A stretch of 64,000 nt of DNA from Camelus ferus (taxonomy: Eukaryota), in assembly GCF_009834535.1 (NCBI RefSeq), contig NC_045697.1, forward strand, positions 66,714,001-66,778,000, in the 5' to 3' direction. The translations under genes and the position numbers were made by a program. This document shows, in pieces, positions 12,840-26,499 of the stretch (position 1 is the first letter of the stretch; the number at the start of each line of letters is the position of its first letter). Below the pieces are notes generated by a model. The model was not told where the DNA came from and ran no database searches. It worked only from the letters and a program-made list of their open reading frames with translations.

Positions 12840-13050
12840 TATAGTAATAAAGGCCAAGAATATAATGTGAAAAGACCTGAATTCAGTATTTCTTTCAAAC
12901 TTTGATACATTGGACTGTTACCTTACCTACTTTGAACTTCGGTTTCCTCATCTGTAAAGTAGGGATACTTTCTCATTGGCTTGTCCTGATGATCAAATGA
13001 GAAAAACATGAAAGAACACTTCTTAAGAGTATGAGGTGCCGTATAAATCT
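12840..13050 (+). mobile_element. MIR SINE
   Basis: agacctgaattc...ttgaacttcggtttcctcatctgtaaagtagggata...gatcaaatgaga. Confidence 0.8.
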
Positions 13051-16000
13051 GAGTCGTTAGATTTGTACATACCATTGAGAGTTGGGCGGTAAGAGAGATT
13101 ATACTCCATGAATGTGGGTTCCTTGACCCTGGGGGTGTTCTGAGGTTCCTGTACTTCTGAAGTATTCTTTAATATTCTTTACTAGTGTGATTTAAGTGTC
13201 AAGAATGAGTGGCAGTTCGTATATGCTTTTCCGAACACAAATGTTCATACAAAACAGTTATTTTGACTTAATGGTTTAGTACAAATTCTCCTCATAATAA
13301 AACAAAAATATAAGCAGATTGATTACTAAATTGGTGCCCTATATGTTAGCAGTATTTCATCTCTTTGTTGGATCATGAAAGGAAAGTATAGAGATGTTCT
13401 TAATCCTTACCTTTTCTCCTTTTGCCACCCGCCCATCCTCAGCCCAGTTTCAGCTCTGATCTTGGTCCATGCAGGCTGAATACCAGAAGGAAGCAAATTA
13501 GAGGAGGTGGGAAAAAACCACACACACATACGCCTCTCAAAGGGTACTCCTGTGCAGTTTTCACCTACTCCAAAGTAGTCTAATGAAATTAAAGCTTACA
13601 AAAACTAGAAAGAGTGCTAAAGTTCATCTCTAAGTATGATTTAACTTGCTCTTAGGAATGTGTTGTACATGACAATATTCAGATCCACCAAAATACAGAA
13701 GTAAAAGTTAGATTTAAAAAATTTAGTCACTCTTTCTGTATTACTCTTTAGTTATCTTTGATGCCACATTTCAAGAAAATTTCAGGCCCCATCAAGCAGG
13801 ACAGCCAGTGGAAACAACCACATTTTATACATGAACCAAACAGGAGTAATGAATATCTCATTCATTGCTTGTTCAAATTGGTTTCCTTTATTGTTTCCTT
13901 CCTATTTCCTCTCCCTTTTTTTGAAATATGTTTTACTTAGAAAACCATGGCATTAAAGTGAATAATTATATTCCTCAGCTTTACAGATTTAAATCTTTCT
14001 TCGTAGAGCAGAAAGCAGACTCATCGTAGAGCAGTAACATAAACCAGTGTTGTTTTTATTTTCTTTTATGAATGGTTCAGACTTGATGTACATTCCTATT
14101 TTTACCGCCTGTTAAATTTAATCGTTCAGTGATACTTTTATGGGCTACTGTCTTACGATTAATGAGTAGTAAAAGAAAGAGTTCAGCTTAAATGTGGTAG
14201 CAGGTATTTCTCTCCTCCGCTGAGTTGGGTTTTGCCAAACCCTTCCTGGCTGGGATTTCTCCCTTTTCATCCTAAGGAGTGCATGGTGTTAGCTTGTTTC
14301 AGTGAGTCCCCCAGTCTTCCCAGCTCTCCTTTTCAGCTGCATAAATCCCTCTGGTGGGGGTGACTTCAGGATTACTTTCAGGCCCCTCCTGCCTTGGGGA
14401 GGACACTTAGTATTTTCTCAAGATTCCAGTTCTGCTGTCCAACAAAACATACTGTAATTTTTTTCCTAGAAATAAATGTTCCATTTAATTAATGTCACAT
14501 TGCTAATTATGGTATCTGTATGAATGGAAAGATCCTCGAATGAGTTCTTAAAAAAGCAACAAATATTGAAAGTCCAGCTACATGTTTATGATGAAAGAAA
14601 ATCATCGTTTCGAATGTGGGATAATCATCTGTCACCTGGATATTAGAACTATTCAGAGGTGAAAGAAATTAAAAATTCTCATCATGGAGAGTCTTATAGT
14701 CACATGTACCCTCTAATGTCCATTTTGCAGTGATAGTAGAAAAACTTGAATTAGTGAGGATTAATTCCTTAACTTTAAGAAATAGACAGATGATGACTTT
14801 AAGAACTGTATGCTTTTTTAAAAGTAGAAAATGTTTGAATTTCTATTGCAAATAAATACTAAGTTTCAAATACTTTATGCGACTGCCCTTAGTATATAAA
14901 TATGTGTGCCTTTATGAGGAAAACAAGTAGGAACACTGATGTATAGTTGGGCACTCAGCTATTATTATTTAGCATGAAGAGACATTAGTATGGTTTTAAT
15001 ATAAGTCCAATTAGCAACAACTATAGTATAAAGATAATATTCTTGATGCTTTTCACTTATTATTATTACTTTATTTTGTTAAATGTAATTGAATTTTATT
15101 TTTGGTTATGTTTATATGTGTTACATACAGTATGAATTTCAGAACAGTTTCTGTTTATAAGTGATAACATGTTTTAGTTTAGTTTGGCATTAGTTGGTAT
15201 AATGTCAAATAAGTTAAAAAGGACACAGATTCTTTGCTGTTGTTTTCTTGTTCAGTATTTTTCTTTTTAATTTATGTACAACATTGTTTTAGTTGAAAGT
15301 AAAAAATGACATTAATTGTGCAGTCAGTACTTCTCAAACTAGTAATGGGCGAGCTTACAAGAAAGCGGCAGCGCTGAAGGTTAGTAGACTCACGTGTGCT
15401 CTTCCTCTGGGTCGCTGGAACCCAGAGTATTTATTACCTGCGAACAAAGCACCTTAGAGTTAAAGGTAGGTCATTCTGTATGATGTGACTAGTATGAATA
15501 ATGATGACATGCTTGGGTTACTAATATTTTCCCAGTACCCGTTTGCCCCTGAGGAGTATCTCAAAGTGTTGTTTATATTTGTAGTGTTTATATCTGATTA
15601 AGCTTGTCAACATCATTTGTAAATCATTCATTAATCGATTTTTTTGCTTCTTTTCACCTCTAACTTCAAGGAAGCATTAAATTAAAGCATGACTATAACT
15701 GGATTACAATTCCTGTTTCCTAACATTGATCTGATAGAATACTTTATTATTACCAAACTGAAAGTCCTATTATGGGTATTTATCATAATGCTGAACAGAG
15801 GATTAGCCCATTTTCTGTCATTACATTTTTTTAAAGTTTATTTTCTTTACTAAAAATTCTATTGAAACTGCATAAGAATTCAAAATAACTTAGTTTAAAA
15901 ACTGAAACAATGTATGAACAAGTATTTCTCATTCCTAATCTTTCATATGTTGATTAGTTTATTCATTTATTCAGTAAACAAGTGAGTGGCTGTGTTTATG

Positions 16001-16089
16001 CCCGTACAAGTTGAAAATATGTATTAAACTTTGCTTGGTCCTAGGCTTTTCTGAAATTGTATTTACTGAAAGTAGAGAGTAAATGGACA

Positions 16090-16542
16090 AAAGGCCAAAT
16101 AAGCACATGAAAAAAGGCACGACATTTAAGTCATTAGGGAAATGGAAGTTAAAACAATGAGATTCTACTTTACAAGTATTGCTTGTAATAAAAAAGACAG
16201 ATGATTATAGGTGTTTGTAAGGGTGTGGAGAAACTGGAACCCTCCTACATTGCTGGTGGGGATTAAAATGGTGCAACCTTTTGGAAAACAGTTTGACAGT
16301 TCTCTATGATGTTAAACATAACATTACCGTATTACTTAAAATTTCATTCCTGCTATTTACCCAAGAGAGATGAAAACATATGTTCACCCAAAAACTTGTA
16401 CGTGAAAGTTGATGGCAACATTATTCATAATAGCTTGAAAGTGGAAACAACCTAAATGTCTGTCAGCGAATGAATGGACAAATAAAATGTGTAACGTATA
16501 CAATGAAATATTCCAGGATAAAATGAAATGAAGTACTGATAC
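16090..16542 (+). mobile_element. L1MB/MC-type ORF2 end fragment
   Basis: aataagcacatgaaaa...gtggagaaactggaaccctcctacattgctggtggg...gtggaaacaacctaaatgtc...gaagtactgatac. Confidence 0.85.
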
Positions 16543-17189
16543 CCAGTGCAGGGCACTAAGACTAAACTCATTTCATTGATGAGGAAACTACCGTTATGTA
16601 ACTTATGAAACAACATGAGAAAGATAAAAACTCAAGTCATTTTGACTTCAGAACACTCACTTAACTTCTAGACTGTGATGTGCTGTTGTTTCTTGTTTTA
16701 GATCATTACCCCATCTGTCTTTCCCTTTTCTTCATGGCCCAGCTTTTTGAAAGAGAGCTTTTACTCCATGTCTCACTTTGCTTCCCCCTCCAATGGAAAT
16801 AGCTTAGCCATTGGTGCTCTTGTTCCTTTCTTTTTAAACACCTGCTTTGTTGAAGTATAATGCGTACACCATAAAATGTACCCTTGTAAAATGTTCAGTT
16901 CAGTGGTATTTAATATCACAGTGTTTTCTTGATGTTGTGCGTAGGGGGCTTGTTTCAGTCATTTTCACGTTGAGTCTTTCCATGGCATTTGACATTGCTG
17001 ACCACTCCCTCCTGAGTACTCCATCCTCATTCACCCCTATTCTCGGTTTCTCATTCTTCTACTTACATTCATAGATGTTTTATAGGCTTTGTGGACTTGT
17101 CTTCCTTGACCCACCTTTTAAATGTTGGTTTTGGGTTACTTCCCATTAAACGTGTCATCACTGAGAGACCTCGTGAGTCCGGGAGCCAC

Positions 17190-18056
17190 CTGTGTTGGTG
17201 TATGGAATACCGTTGTTTTAATTTGCATTTCCTTGATGACGTATGAATTGGAGCATCTTTCATATGCTTATGTGACATGTCTATTTCCTTTGGTGAGGTG
17301 TCTGTTAAAGTTCTTGACCCATTTTTCAATTGGGTAGTTTTTTATTGTTGAGTTATAAGAGTTCTTTGTATATTTTGGATAACAGTCCTTCATTAGATGT
17401 CTTTTGCAAATATTTTCTCCCTTGTCTTCTCATTCCCTTGATACTGTCTTTCTCAGGGCAGAAGTTATTAATTTTAATGAATTTCAGCTTACAAATTATT
17501 TCTTTCATCAGTCATGCCTCTGTTGTATCTAAAAAGTCATCACCATATCCAAGGTCATACAGGTTTTCTCTATTTTATCTTTTAGGAGTTTTTATAGTTC
17601 TGCATTTTACATGTAGATCTGTGATCTATTCTGAGTTATTTTTTTGAAGATGTGTAGTCTTTGTCCAGATTCATTTTTTTTGCTTGTGGATGTCCAGTTG
17701 TTCCAGCACCACTTGTTGAAAAGACTATCTTTGTTTCATTGTATCTTTGCTCCTTTGTCAGAGTTGACTATCTATTTCTAAGCTCTCTGTTCTGTTCCAT
17801 TGATTTACTTGTCTGTGCTTTCTCTAATATGCATTGTCTTGATTGCTATAGCTGTGTAGTAAGTCCTGATGTTAGGTAGTGTCAGTCTTCCAACTTTGTT
17901 CTTCAGTGTTGTGTTGGCTATTCTGAGTCTTTTGCCTCTCCATATAAACTTTAGTATAAGTTTGTTAATATCCAAAAAAAAATAAGTTGTTGGGATTGCA
18001 CTGAATCTGTAGATGAACTTGGGAAGAACTGACACTTTGGCAGTATTGAGTCTTCA
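17190..18056 (-). mobile_element. L1 (L1MC-like) ORF2 fragment
   Basis: ORF 17805-18035 translates as L1 ORF2 (SVLPKFIYRFSAIP...KLILKFIWRGKRLRIANTTLKNKVGRLTLP...YYTA). Confidence 0.9.
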
Positions 18057-18359
18057 CACCTTTGACTCTCCATTCATTCACTACCCTTCAGTCAAATGAA
18101 AGGCAGAACTTTTAGTTATTTTTTTTATAGGGTATGTCAGCTATTTTATTTTTGTCTACTGATTTCCACTGATCAGTTTCTTCATCTTATCTTCTTGTTA
18201 CCGTTTATAACTCAATATTAAAATCTAGTAGTTCTTTGAGAGAAACGGAGGGTAAGGCTTTAATTTTTTTTCTGATTTTGTGAGAGCACTGCTTAGTCTA
18301 TTTTCTTGCCTGGCCTGAGCAGCCTCTACCTTTTATTCAAGTAACTGATAATAAAGGCA

Positions 18360-18581
18360 ATATGTGGGATTGTAGACCAGTCAGACAGATTGGAGCTGAA
18401 TTCCAGATATACTGTTTATTAGTTATATGACTTCAGACAAGCCACTTACTAACTCCAAGCCTCATTTTCTTTCTCTTGAAAAAGGCAAAAGCATACCATT
18501 CTATGAGTGTTGTATTTAGTGTTACAGATAATATTTGTAAAGCCCCTGTTAGACAGTAATCACTCCATGAATAATAATATT
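18360..18581 (+). mobile_element. MIR SINE
   Basis: agtcagacagattggagctgaattccag...gacaagccactta...agcctcattttct...ataatatttgtaaagc. Confidence 0.7.
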
Positions 18582-18622
18582 CCCTTTGGGCCACATGCTT
18601 CAGGAAGATAGGGGAAGAGTCT

Positions 18623-18909
18623 TAACTAAAGTCTATAGTTTTCATTAAGGCTCTCTCTTTGTGTTGTATATGGGTTTTGCCAAATGCATAATGACATGTA
18701 TCTACCATTACAGTATTAAAAAATATAGATATGTAGTTTCACTGGCCTAAAATTCCTGAGCTATACCTACTCATCCTTCCTTCCCATCCAAACCCCTGGC
18801 AACCACTGACCTTTTTAATGTTTCAATATTTTTGCCTTGTCCAGAATGTCATGTAGTTGGAATCACACAGTACATAGCCTTTTCAGACTGGCTTCTTTCA
18901 CTTAGCAAT
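18623..18909 (-). mobile_element. L1MC1-like 3'UTR fragment
   Basis: aactaaagtctatagtt...cccctggcaaccactgacc...ccagaatgtcatgtagttggaatca...gccttttcagactggcttctttcacttagcaat. Confidence 0.85.
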
Positions 18910-19004
18910 TGAATGGACAGTTTTAATGGAGTCAGTGTCCAGTTTCTCAACTTCTGCATAAACTCTTTATAATGTTGATCTGACTCAGGGCAGTGCTTTA
19001 TTCA

Positions 19005-19522
19005 CAGCAGTCTTTCTCTTACTATGCAGAAGAAGGGCACACCCTCATCCATCCCAAATCATACTATAGTGCATTATCCTGGGGCCATAGAAAACTTGAT
19101 GAAAAATTTTAAATTAATGCCTTAAATTTTTGTTGTAGAGAAGTATGATAGGGTGAAAAATGAGACTTAATTGTTAAAGACATTACATAAAAATTCTGTG
19201 AGGAAGTGAGATAAAAATATAGGTCAAAAATAGCAATGTAAAATTTTCAGCTGTTAAAAGAAGGGTCTATTCATGTATTTTTAAAAATGATTAATGGTTT
19301 TATTACTGTGGATTTAGGTTCTATTGAGTATTCTTAAAATAGTTGATAGAAGTTCTGTTCTAAAATGTCAATATTTCTAATAGGGCAGAAATTAAATTCT
19401 TTTCAAGTACGTATTTTACCACAAGTGAAAAATTGTAGTTGTTAACTTGGTAATGTGTGAGTGGTTATATATTTTTCCAAAATTCTTTTAAGTGTCTGAA
19501 TAAAAATAGTTGAAGACTACTA
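19005..19522. mobile_element. Old hAT-type non-autonomous DNA transposon (family uncertain)
   Basis: AT-rich block bounded by the imperfect inverted termini cagcagtctt and gttgaagactactag. Confidence 0.4.
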
Positions 19523-19524
19523 GC

Positions 19525-20013
19525 CTACTGTATAAAACCCAAGTTTATTAACCTGGTGTATAAAACCCTTCATCACCTTCTCCTTCTAGTCTTTTTTTTT
19601 TTTTTAATTTAACCATTTCCTGCTTCATATTCTGTGCTTCAGCAAGAAAGAACTTGAAAGCTCTGTATTCTGCTCTTTCCTACCTCTCTGTCCTTACCGT
19701 GCTAGGCTTTCTCTTCTTTGCCTCTCTGCTGCCTACTCTTTCTCTAAGGTGCAGAGGTCTTGATTGAGGGGTTGCCTGTATACCACCACTCCGTACTGGC
19801 TCAGATGCTCCTGTTCCATGGGCCCGTGCTCCCCTCCTGGTCTGCATCACCGTGCTGACACACTGTTTTGTCAGTAGCTTTTTTTCCCTGTGAAATTGGA
19901 CTGAAAGTTCTCAGAGTAGGAGCTATGTTTCATCTTCGGCTCCTCAGCAGCTACCTATATACTTCTCCTGGTATTAAGTTAATTTACTGGGCACGTACTG
20001 ATTATTGAATGAA
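19525..20013 (+). mobile_element. L2 3' fragment
   Basis: ataaaacccaagttt...aaaacccttcatca...ggactgaaagttctcagagtagg...attattgaatgaa. Confidence 0.6.
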
Positions 20014-20254
20014 ACAAGTAAAAGTAGATTTCAACTGTTAGAATGTTATTTCTTGTGCATAATTTTTTTTAGGAGGGTCCATTAAACTGTTAAAGGCTGT
20101 TGTTGTTTTGTGCTAGTTATTTTTCTGGCTGTAATATTTGCCCTTCCTGATAAGGTTTTTAGTAAGATTTCTCATGAAGATCAGTTTTTGAACCTAAAAA
20201 ATGAGTTTAAGAACCATTCTTACAATAGAAGTAGCACAGCATTGTGAGCAATAA

Positions 20255-20393
20255 GGCAAGGCCTTCTAGTCTTGGCTCTGCCACAGACTTGCCATATGAT
20301 TGTGGGTAAATTATCTGGTCCGGAGGTCAGTTTTCTCATCTATTAAATGAGTAAGTGACCAGATTACTTCTTAAGTTTCCTTTAGTCCTGATT
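20255..20393 (+). mobile_element. MIR3-like SINE
   Basis: ttctagtcttggctctgccacagacttgc...tcagttttctcatctattaaatgag...gaccagattacttcttaag. Confidence 0.7.
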
Positions 20394-21159
20394 TAATCAG
20401 GAGAGGAAATTTCAATAAAGTGAACATATCATTATTCTTGGCAAGAAGAATAAAGAATATGGGCTTGATTTATTTCCTCATCATTCATACTGTAGACGTT
20501 ATATGTGGTACATGCAGATAATGCTGCCTTGTTCATACCTCCTACAGATTATGTAGTCATGGCTTAGATTTTATCCTTAATTTTAAGAAAAGTAAAATAA
20601 TTCAAATTGTCATAATGGAAAATCTAGAAGTGTTTAATATAATACGTTGTTCATATAATTCCCAGATTATATTTTAGCTTCTTTCACCAAATACATAATT
20701 TGATCTTATTGATACTAGACTTTCCAATGCTCTTCTGTCATTCTGGGGATGAGTTGATTTATGTTGAAACATTTCTTTGTGGCCAGTTACTCAGTCACTG
20801 CAGCTTTATTCAATGAAACGCAATATTAAAAACAATTACAAAACTGCTTTCCTACGTCTTTTGGTCATTCTTAATATGTAGCAATTCAGTTTTATAAAGC
20901 TAGATTTAATGACATTTAGGTATGGCTTTTATTAAGGGTTTGAAATTATGTTGTTTGGCCAAAACAAAGGCAGTATTTCCTTTCTTGTCTTCCACTAAAC
21001 CCACCCCCCTTTTCTCCACCTGCTTGAGGAAAACTATTTCTTTAGACATACCTCATAATTGCCCTTCTGTGCCTGATTTGGGCCTCAGGAAAGGCCCATA
21101 GCATCTGTAAAGCTGGCAGCAAAATGGTATTTCCAGGCAGGCACAGGATTGCTGGGTAG

Positions 21160-21310
21160 TGAGCCAATCCACAGCTTTGTCTGAGCAGCTGAGAACTTTG
21201 ACGGAGTATTACCACGGTGTTCAGTAACACAGACCTGTGCCACGAGCAAGTAAAGCACTGAGCAAGTGTCAGGGTCAATATTTATAGACCACTACGTAGC
21301 CGCCTTGCAG
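21160..21310 (+). promoter_or_regulatory. Candidate alternative promoter (CCAAT, FOX-like site, TATA-like box, initiator)
   Basis: CCAAT at 21164-21168. GTCAATA (forkhead-like) at 21274-21280 overlaps TATTTATA at 21279-21286. A CA initiator-like dinucleotide at 21308-21309 lies 30 nt downstream. The region has no recognisable repeat and retains several CpGs. Confidence 0.5.
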
Positions 21311-21520
21311 AGAGAGAAAACGAGAGAGAAACACGCACACACAGAGCAAGGACAGAAAGGCTGCAGTGGAGGGGATGTTAATTTCCAATTTTCTTCTTTA
21401 AAAGAAATTTTTTTTTAATTGTCAGGTTCAAACTTCTGCTGAATCACAACCATTTGCCCCTGAGCTATGACAGGAGAGGAAACAAAAAGTTAAAGGAGCC
21501 AGCCTGCCATACATAAGAAG
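21309..21520 (+). other. Candidate non-coding first exon (or internal exon 21426-21520)
   Basis: Ends in the consensus donor AAG|GTAAGT at 21520/21521. An alternative acceptor, a T-tract followed by aattgtcag, ends at 21425. Only two 8-codon uORFs are present. Confidence 0.55.
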
Positions 21521-23649
21521 GTAAGTAATTAGCCAGTTCGGTCTCGCTCTTACTTGTAAACTCCATCTCCCTGTTGGCTGCTCTACATCAGTAAGCAGAG
21601 GGCTGTGTGGCATGTGAAAGCTAGTAAGGAGGGGCTGGCTGCTGGTGAAGAGAGTTCTTGGTGGCCGTGTGGTTTTGTGTTCTGCTCCTAAGACTGCTGT
21701 GTGCGTTCATCATACACTGAAATGACGTGGGTGGTGGGAATGGCTCTTGAACGCTGATTTCTTGTTGTGTCCTATCAGTAAGTTTCTGTTTCTTCAGTCT
21801 GTCATACGTGAAGTCTTCTGATTGGTAAATTCCTGTTTACCTTTATACTGGTATTAAAACAGGAATATGAGTAGGTTGTAGTGGAGGGTGGTCTAGAAAT
21901 AGAATAGGGGGAAAATTCAGATGAATGTGTGAAATGTTGTAGACGTTATCAAAGTGTGCCAGCTCTGAATGTGAACAACATGGGGTCTTTTTAAAAGAAA
22001 GCGGGTGACCATTTGACAGTGCACTGAAAGGAAATAATGACTACGTTTGGGGACAGAGTGATAGTGAAAGGTGCAAAGGATTTAGCATTTAGGAGAATTT
22101 CTCTGCTTGTCCAAGTGATTTGCTAGATTGGTTCCTCACAAAATGTGATTTCTCTACTGAAAACATGAATATCTCTTGCTCCGCATCAGCAGTTTCTTTT
22201 TTCCTTTCATCACAGGTCGTACTTCGACATGTGCTTCTCTGCGTGTCCACAGTGCTGTCGTTTTTATAGCATGGTCATTTATCATTGTTTTGCATATTCC
22301 AGATTAACATTAAAAGCAGTGGTGCTGAAGGGGGACAGAAAGAAATTATTTTGTATGTTTTCTGATTTAGAAATTTATATACTTAAGTGTTTTGTGTCTA
22401 GTGCACATGGCTCCGAAAGTAAGTATGTTGCTTTGCTGCAGGTGTGGCATTAACTAGATGAAACTTCTCTGACAGAGTGAAAGTTTCCGTGTCATTGTTG
22501 GTCCTTAATTGTGGAAGCTAAACATTTGTGGATATTTAAAATTTTTAGGCTAAGTTATAGATGGTAATTATAGTTCCAAAGGGTTTTCTGTATTACATTG
22601 TTCAAAGTAAAAACAAAAATAATACGAAAGTTGTTGTAGAGCTTAGACTGTAGGCCCATTAGAGGAAGAGCTAATACTCAGGCAGAGGTTTTGTATTAGG
22701 GCCAATATTCAGGTACAGCTCACTGTAAAATAGGCTAAACCACATCCAAAAGCAGCAAGTGAAATAGATCTAAATGTAAACATCTTAAAATGAGGCCAGT
22801 AGTTGTAGAATATCACTGTTGTTGAATCAGATAAAATTGAAAAAATAATACAAAATCTTTCAAAATCAATTTTTAATTCATATATGGCTTAAGACTAATC
22901 TAATATCTGAATTTAAACTGTATTTTAACATTCATTTAATGCTTGTTTTAGCCTCTGAATCAGTTTTTTCTTTGTACTTTTTCAAGTACTGCCTATTTCT
23001 TAATGAGTTTGATTTAGATTTTTGATAGCAATATGTTTATTTTGAAAATGCAACTGTGGTTGATCTACAATGGGCATTTCTCAGTTAAATTTTTCTTTGC
23101 CTACTGCCTTTGAGTAATGTCTCACGATCAAGATTGTGATTTCAGTTATTTATTTACTATCTTGTATTTATTCACTTTATATGTTGCATAAATAACATGA
23201 TATTCAATCAGTGATAAATGATTTCTTATGACTTTTATTTTATTCTATTTTTTTACTTTTATTCATCTGATATCTTGTTTGTGAAGTACCCTGTGGAAAC
23301 TCTGGGCAGAAAATAACCTGATAAAATTACTAAAATAAAAATAGACTAAAAGTTTTCCTTTTAATAAAGAGGAAATAGAAAATTGTGCTTCTGGTTGACA
23401 ATGTCTAAAATGGGATATATTTTGGTTGAAGGCTTGTTGAGTATTTTAAAACCTGAAGCACCATCTCAATATTATTTTTGACTTTAATGTCAGTGCTGAT
23501 GTGGATTATTTATCATATTTGTAAATAACATTTTATATGTAGACGTATTATATAAAATGGAGATGGGATCTTTTGTATCGTGTTTTAACTACCTATTGAA
23601 GTAAGAGTAGTGAATTTAGCTTGAAATGTTACTATTAATCTCCTAATAG

Positions 23650-24215
23650 ATCTCACTGCCCTGTCTCGTTTGCTGCACGAGTCCATATGCTGTGCTGCTT
23701 TTAGAGTGATCAGTCTCCCACCTTGTGAACCCTTCACTTTCCTGCTAAAGCCCTCCCACCCCTGGCTCTCTGATGCTCGTAGATAAAGGTCAGGCTTCTT
23801 GGCACGATGGGTCTCTTCTTGATCTAGCTGCTCCTTTTGTTCTGTAGTCATCTTCTGCTGTTCCTTGTGGGCTGTTTCCCACATGTCTCTTGTCTCTACC
23901 CATAAGAGATTTCCCTTCCCTCTGTAACAACACTCCAGTGTTACTGAATATTTTGTATTTCTCAAAGTAGTCCATACTGTTTTATTCCTTTTTGGAATTA
24001 TGTTGCTCCCTTTATCTTGAGAACTCTCTCCCTGTCTTTGCCTGCAGCCTTAGTAAAGGCATCCCTCCCCAGATGCCCTCCTGGTCCACTGTCAGCCTCT
24101 GGACTCCTGTGTAGACCATTGTCAAAACAATGGTTTTAAAAAAATTTTGTTTCTTTCTTCCAACACTTATAGTAGTGTGTGTATGTTCATCTATGGAAGT
24201 AGATATTTGTTGAAC
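23650..24215 (+). mobile_element. L2 fragment
   Basis: tttagagtgatc...ctgctaaagccctccca...agataaaggtcaggcttcttggca...agatatttgttgaac. Confidence 0.55.
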
Positions 24216-26499
24216 TTGTAAACTATTTGAGTGACACAAGTTCAAAATTATATTGGTTAGCCCATGCAAATTCAGGGTTTATAGTCTCAAGATGTTGTTA
24301 AATTAACTTGATAAAATCTATCAACAAAATCAGCTAGTTGCTGTACCCACATGGACTGCTGCAGTAAATTAAATGATGCTCTAGTAAATGAAGATAGTGT
24401 TACACTTTCCAAAAGGCCCAGAGAGAATCTCAGGAGAGAAGGGGTCCATCCTTGTGTATCCTAGAGAATTACAGAGTAGAATGACTCCCAGTCATTCTGA
24501 TAAGATTACACATCCTAATTTTATTTCCCACTGTAGAGAAAGTTAGGATTTTAAGGAAATAATAGAAAATCATGGATTAAAAATTCTCAAATCTGAAAGG
24601 TGAAACTTTAAGTCAGTCAGAATAATAATTTTCTCCTCCAAATAGAAATGTTGAAAGAAAAGGATGTCAATGTTTAAAAAAGCGGTTGAGAAATAGCAGC
24701 TGTTTCTTTTAGTTCTGATACTCAATACAATTTTATTTTGTCTTTGTGTTTTATTTTTCCACCATACATAAAAATACTTACTTCGCATATGAAATAATTT
24801 GTATACCAGAGTCAAAGGTAAAGTTTCATGCATGATTTAGAGTAATTCACAGCTTTTCTCATTTTGGTTGTTTTTACTTCTCAGCATAGCCTGCCAGCAG
24901 TTCCCACTGCTGTTGGAGCCTTACACACCCCTTCCAGCTACTGAGTATGACTCTTCTGTTTATTTAACCTTGAATTGTGTCTTTCTTAGGAATGAAAACA
25001 AGATTAGTATTTTTGTAGGAAAATTTGGTAGCTTTTTAATTTGCTTGGAATGGACCATAATTCAATCTATAATTTCTCTTCAGATTTATTTTGCCCACAT
25101 AACTGTCCTGTAGTTAAATAGGTATGGATAAGATGCCTCACCAGAGATACAGGTATACATTTTATGCATCTTGCTGTCATATCAAGTCATATAAATATTA
25201 TAAAACCGGAAGAGCATGGACTTAGAAACATACCTAGTTTCCATCGGCCAGTGATGAGAGAAACCTCAGCTTGCCTCAATGTGAGATTATAGCAAAAACA
25301 AACACAAGCAAAAAATATCACCACCACTACCACCAAGAAGAGGTCAAAGAACTTTGGTTGGAGTGAGTCATAAAGAAGTTGCCAAAACAATTAAAGTATT
25401 TTTATTATTGTTAGCAGCTTAGTTTGCCAATCCAGGTTTTTCCATAGCTTTGCATGGCATAGAATTCATAGAACATGGGAGAAGAATGAATGAATTATGG
25501 AAGCAGAACCTTCCAACTCTTCTGCAACTTTTTTTTTTTATACATGTGGGCAAATACGGTACAAAGTGGTAATGTGACTTGCCAAAGATCAGCTTTTAAA
25601 GTAACTAGTTAGATTTTGATTTTAAAATACATAATTGTAAGACCAGATCACTGTGGCTTCTCCTATCATTTGTAGTTGATTTATTTTTATTCTGTGTATT
25701 GCATGTAAAGCTTAATTTGTTGTATCTTTGTGTTTTGTGTTGTGTTAGACTCCTCTGCATTATTTCATAACCCCTGAAAGTTAGCTATTAATTATTGACC
25801 CCAACTGAGATGGAGGACTTTTCCACTCATAATCATAGTTCAAAAATTTTTGCTTATTTTTTAATGACAGATACTCTTTCTGGCTTTCCTGAGTTCTCCC
25901 ATGCTTTTTGGTAGTACAATTAGATTTATGCCCCCATAAACATTCTCCTTTTCAATAGAACATGGCAGATAATCCTGCAGGAAAAAAACAGAAACTGCAG
26001 AAACAAATTTAATACTTTGATTATATCTAAGAGCTTCTAGTAGGGAACATATATTGTATATTATTTTATAACTTTGTTTTAAGATGATTGCTCTATTTAC
26101 AGCTGGAAAATTTCTGATTAAAACAAAAATCAAGGGACCACATGTGCTTTTAGATTATATTGACTTTCATTTAAGAGTCTTTAAAAAATGTAAATAATTA
26201 ATGGGGCAGAGAGGAGCAAAAGAAGCTTGTTTTGTACATGTCATCATCTTATAAGACTTTGCTTCTCTGTTCCTTTCCCTGCCACTCCCAAAGAAATTGG
26301 AGCTCTTTGGTTTTTTTCCATTCTTATTAATACTAAGGTCCCTGAAAACAATTGCTTGTATATTTAAAGATGAAAGAATTTTGAGCAAATAGCTGAAGGT
26401 TGTTCTCAGCCTTAGCCTGTGATTTCTATACCTTCCCATTTCCTCTTTTCCTCACATCAACTTCAAAGTGACTGTTTCTGCTCTGCTCTCCAATCGATG

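Noticed and set aside
14001..14034. 11-bp direct repeat tcgtagagcag with a 12-bp spacer (CRISPR-like at first glance)
   Set aside because: Only two short copies in a mammalian context; an ordinary micro-duplication.
23585..23965. Longest ORF (126 aa, minus strand)
   Set aside because: It is an antisense reading of a pyrimidine-rich L2 fragment with no protein motif.
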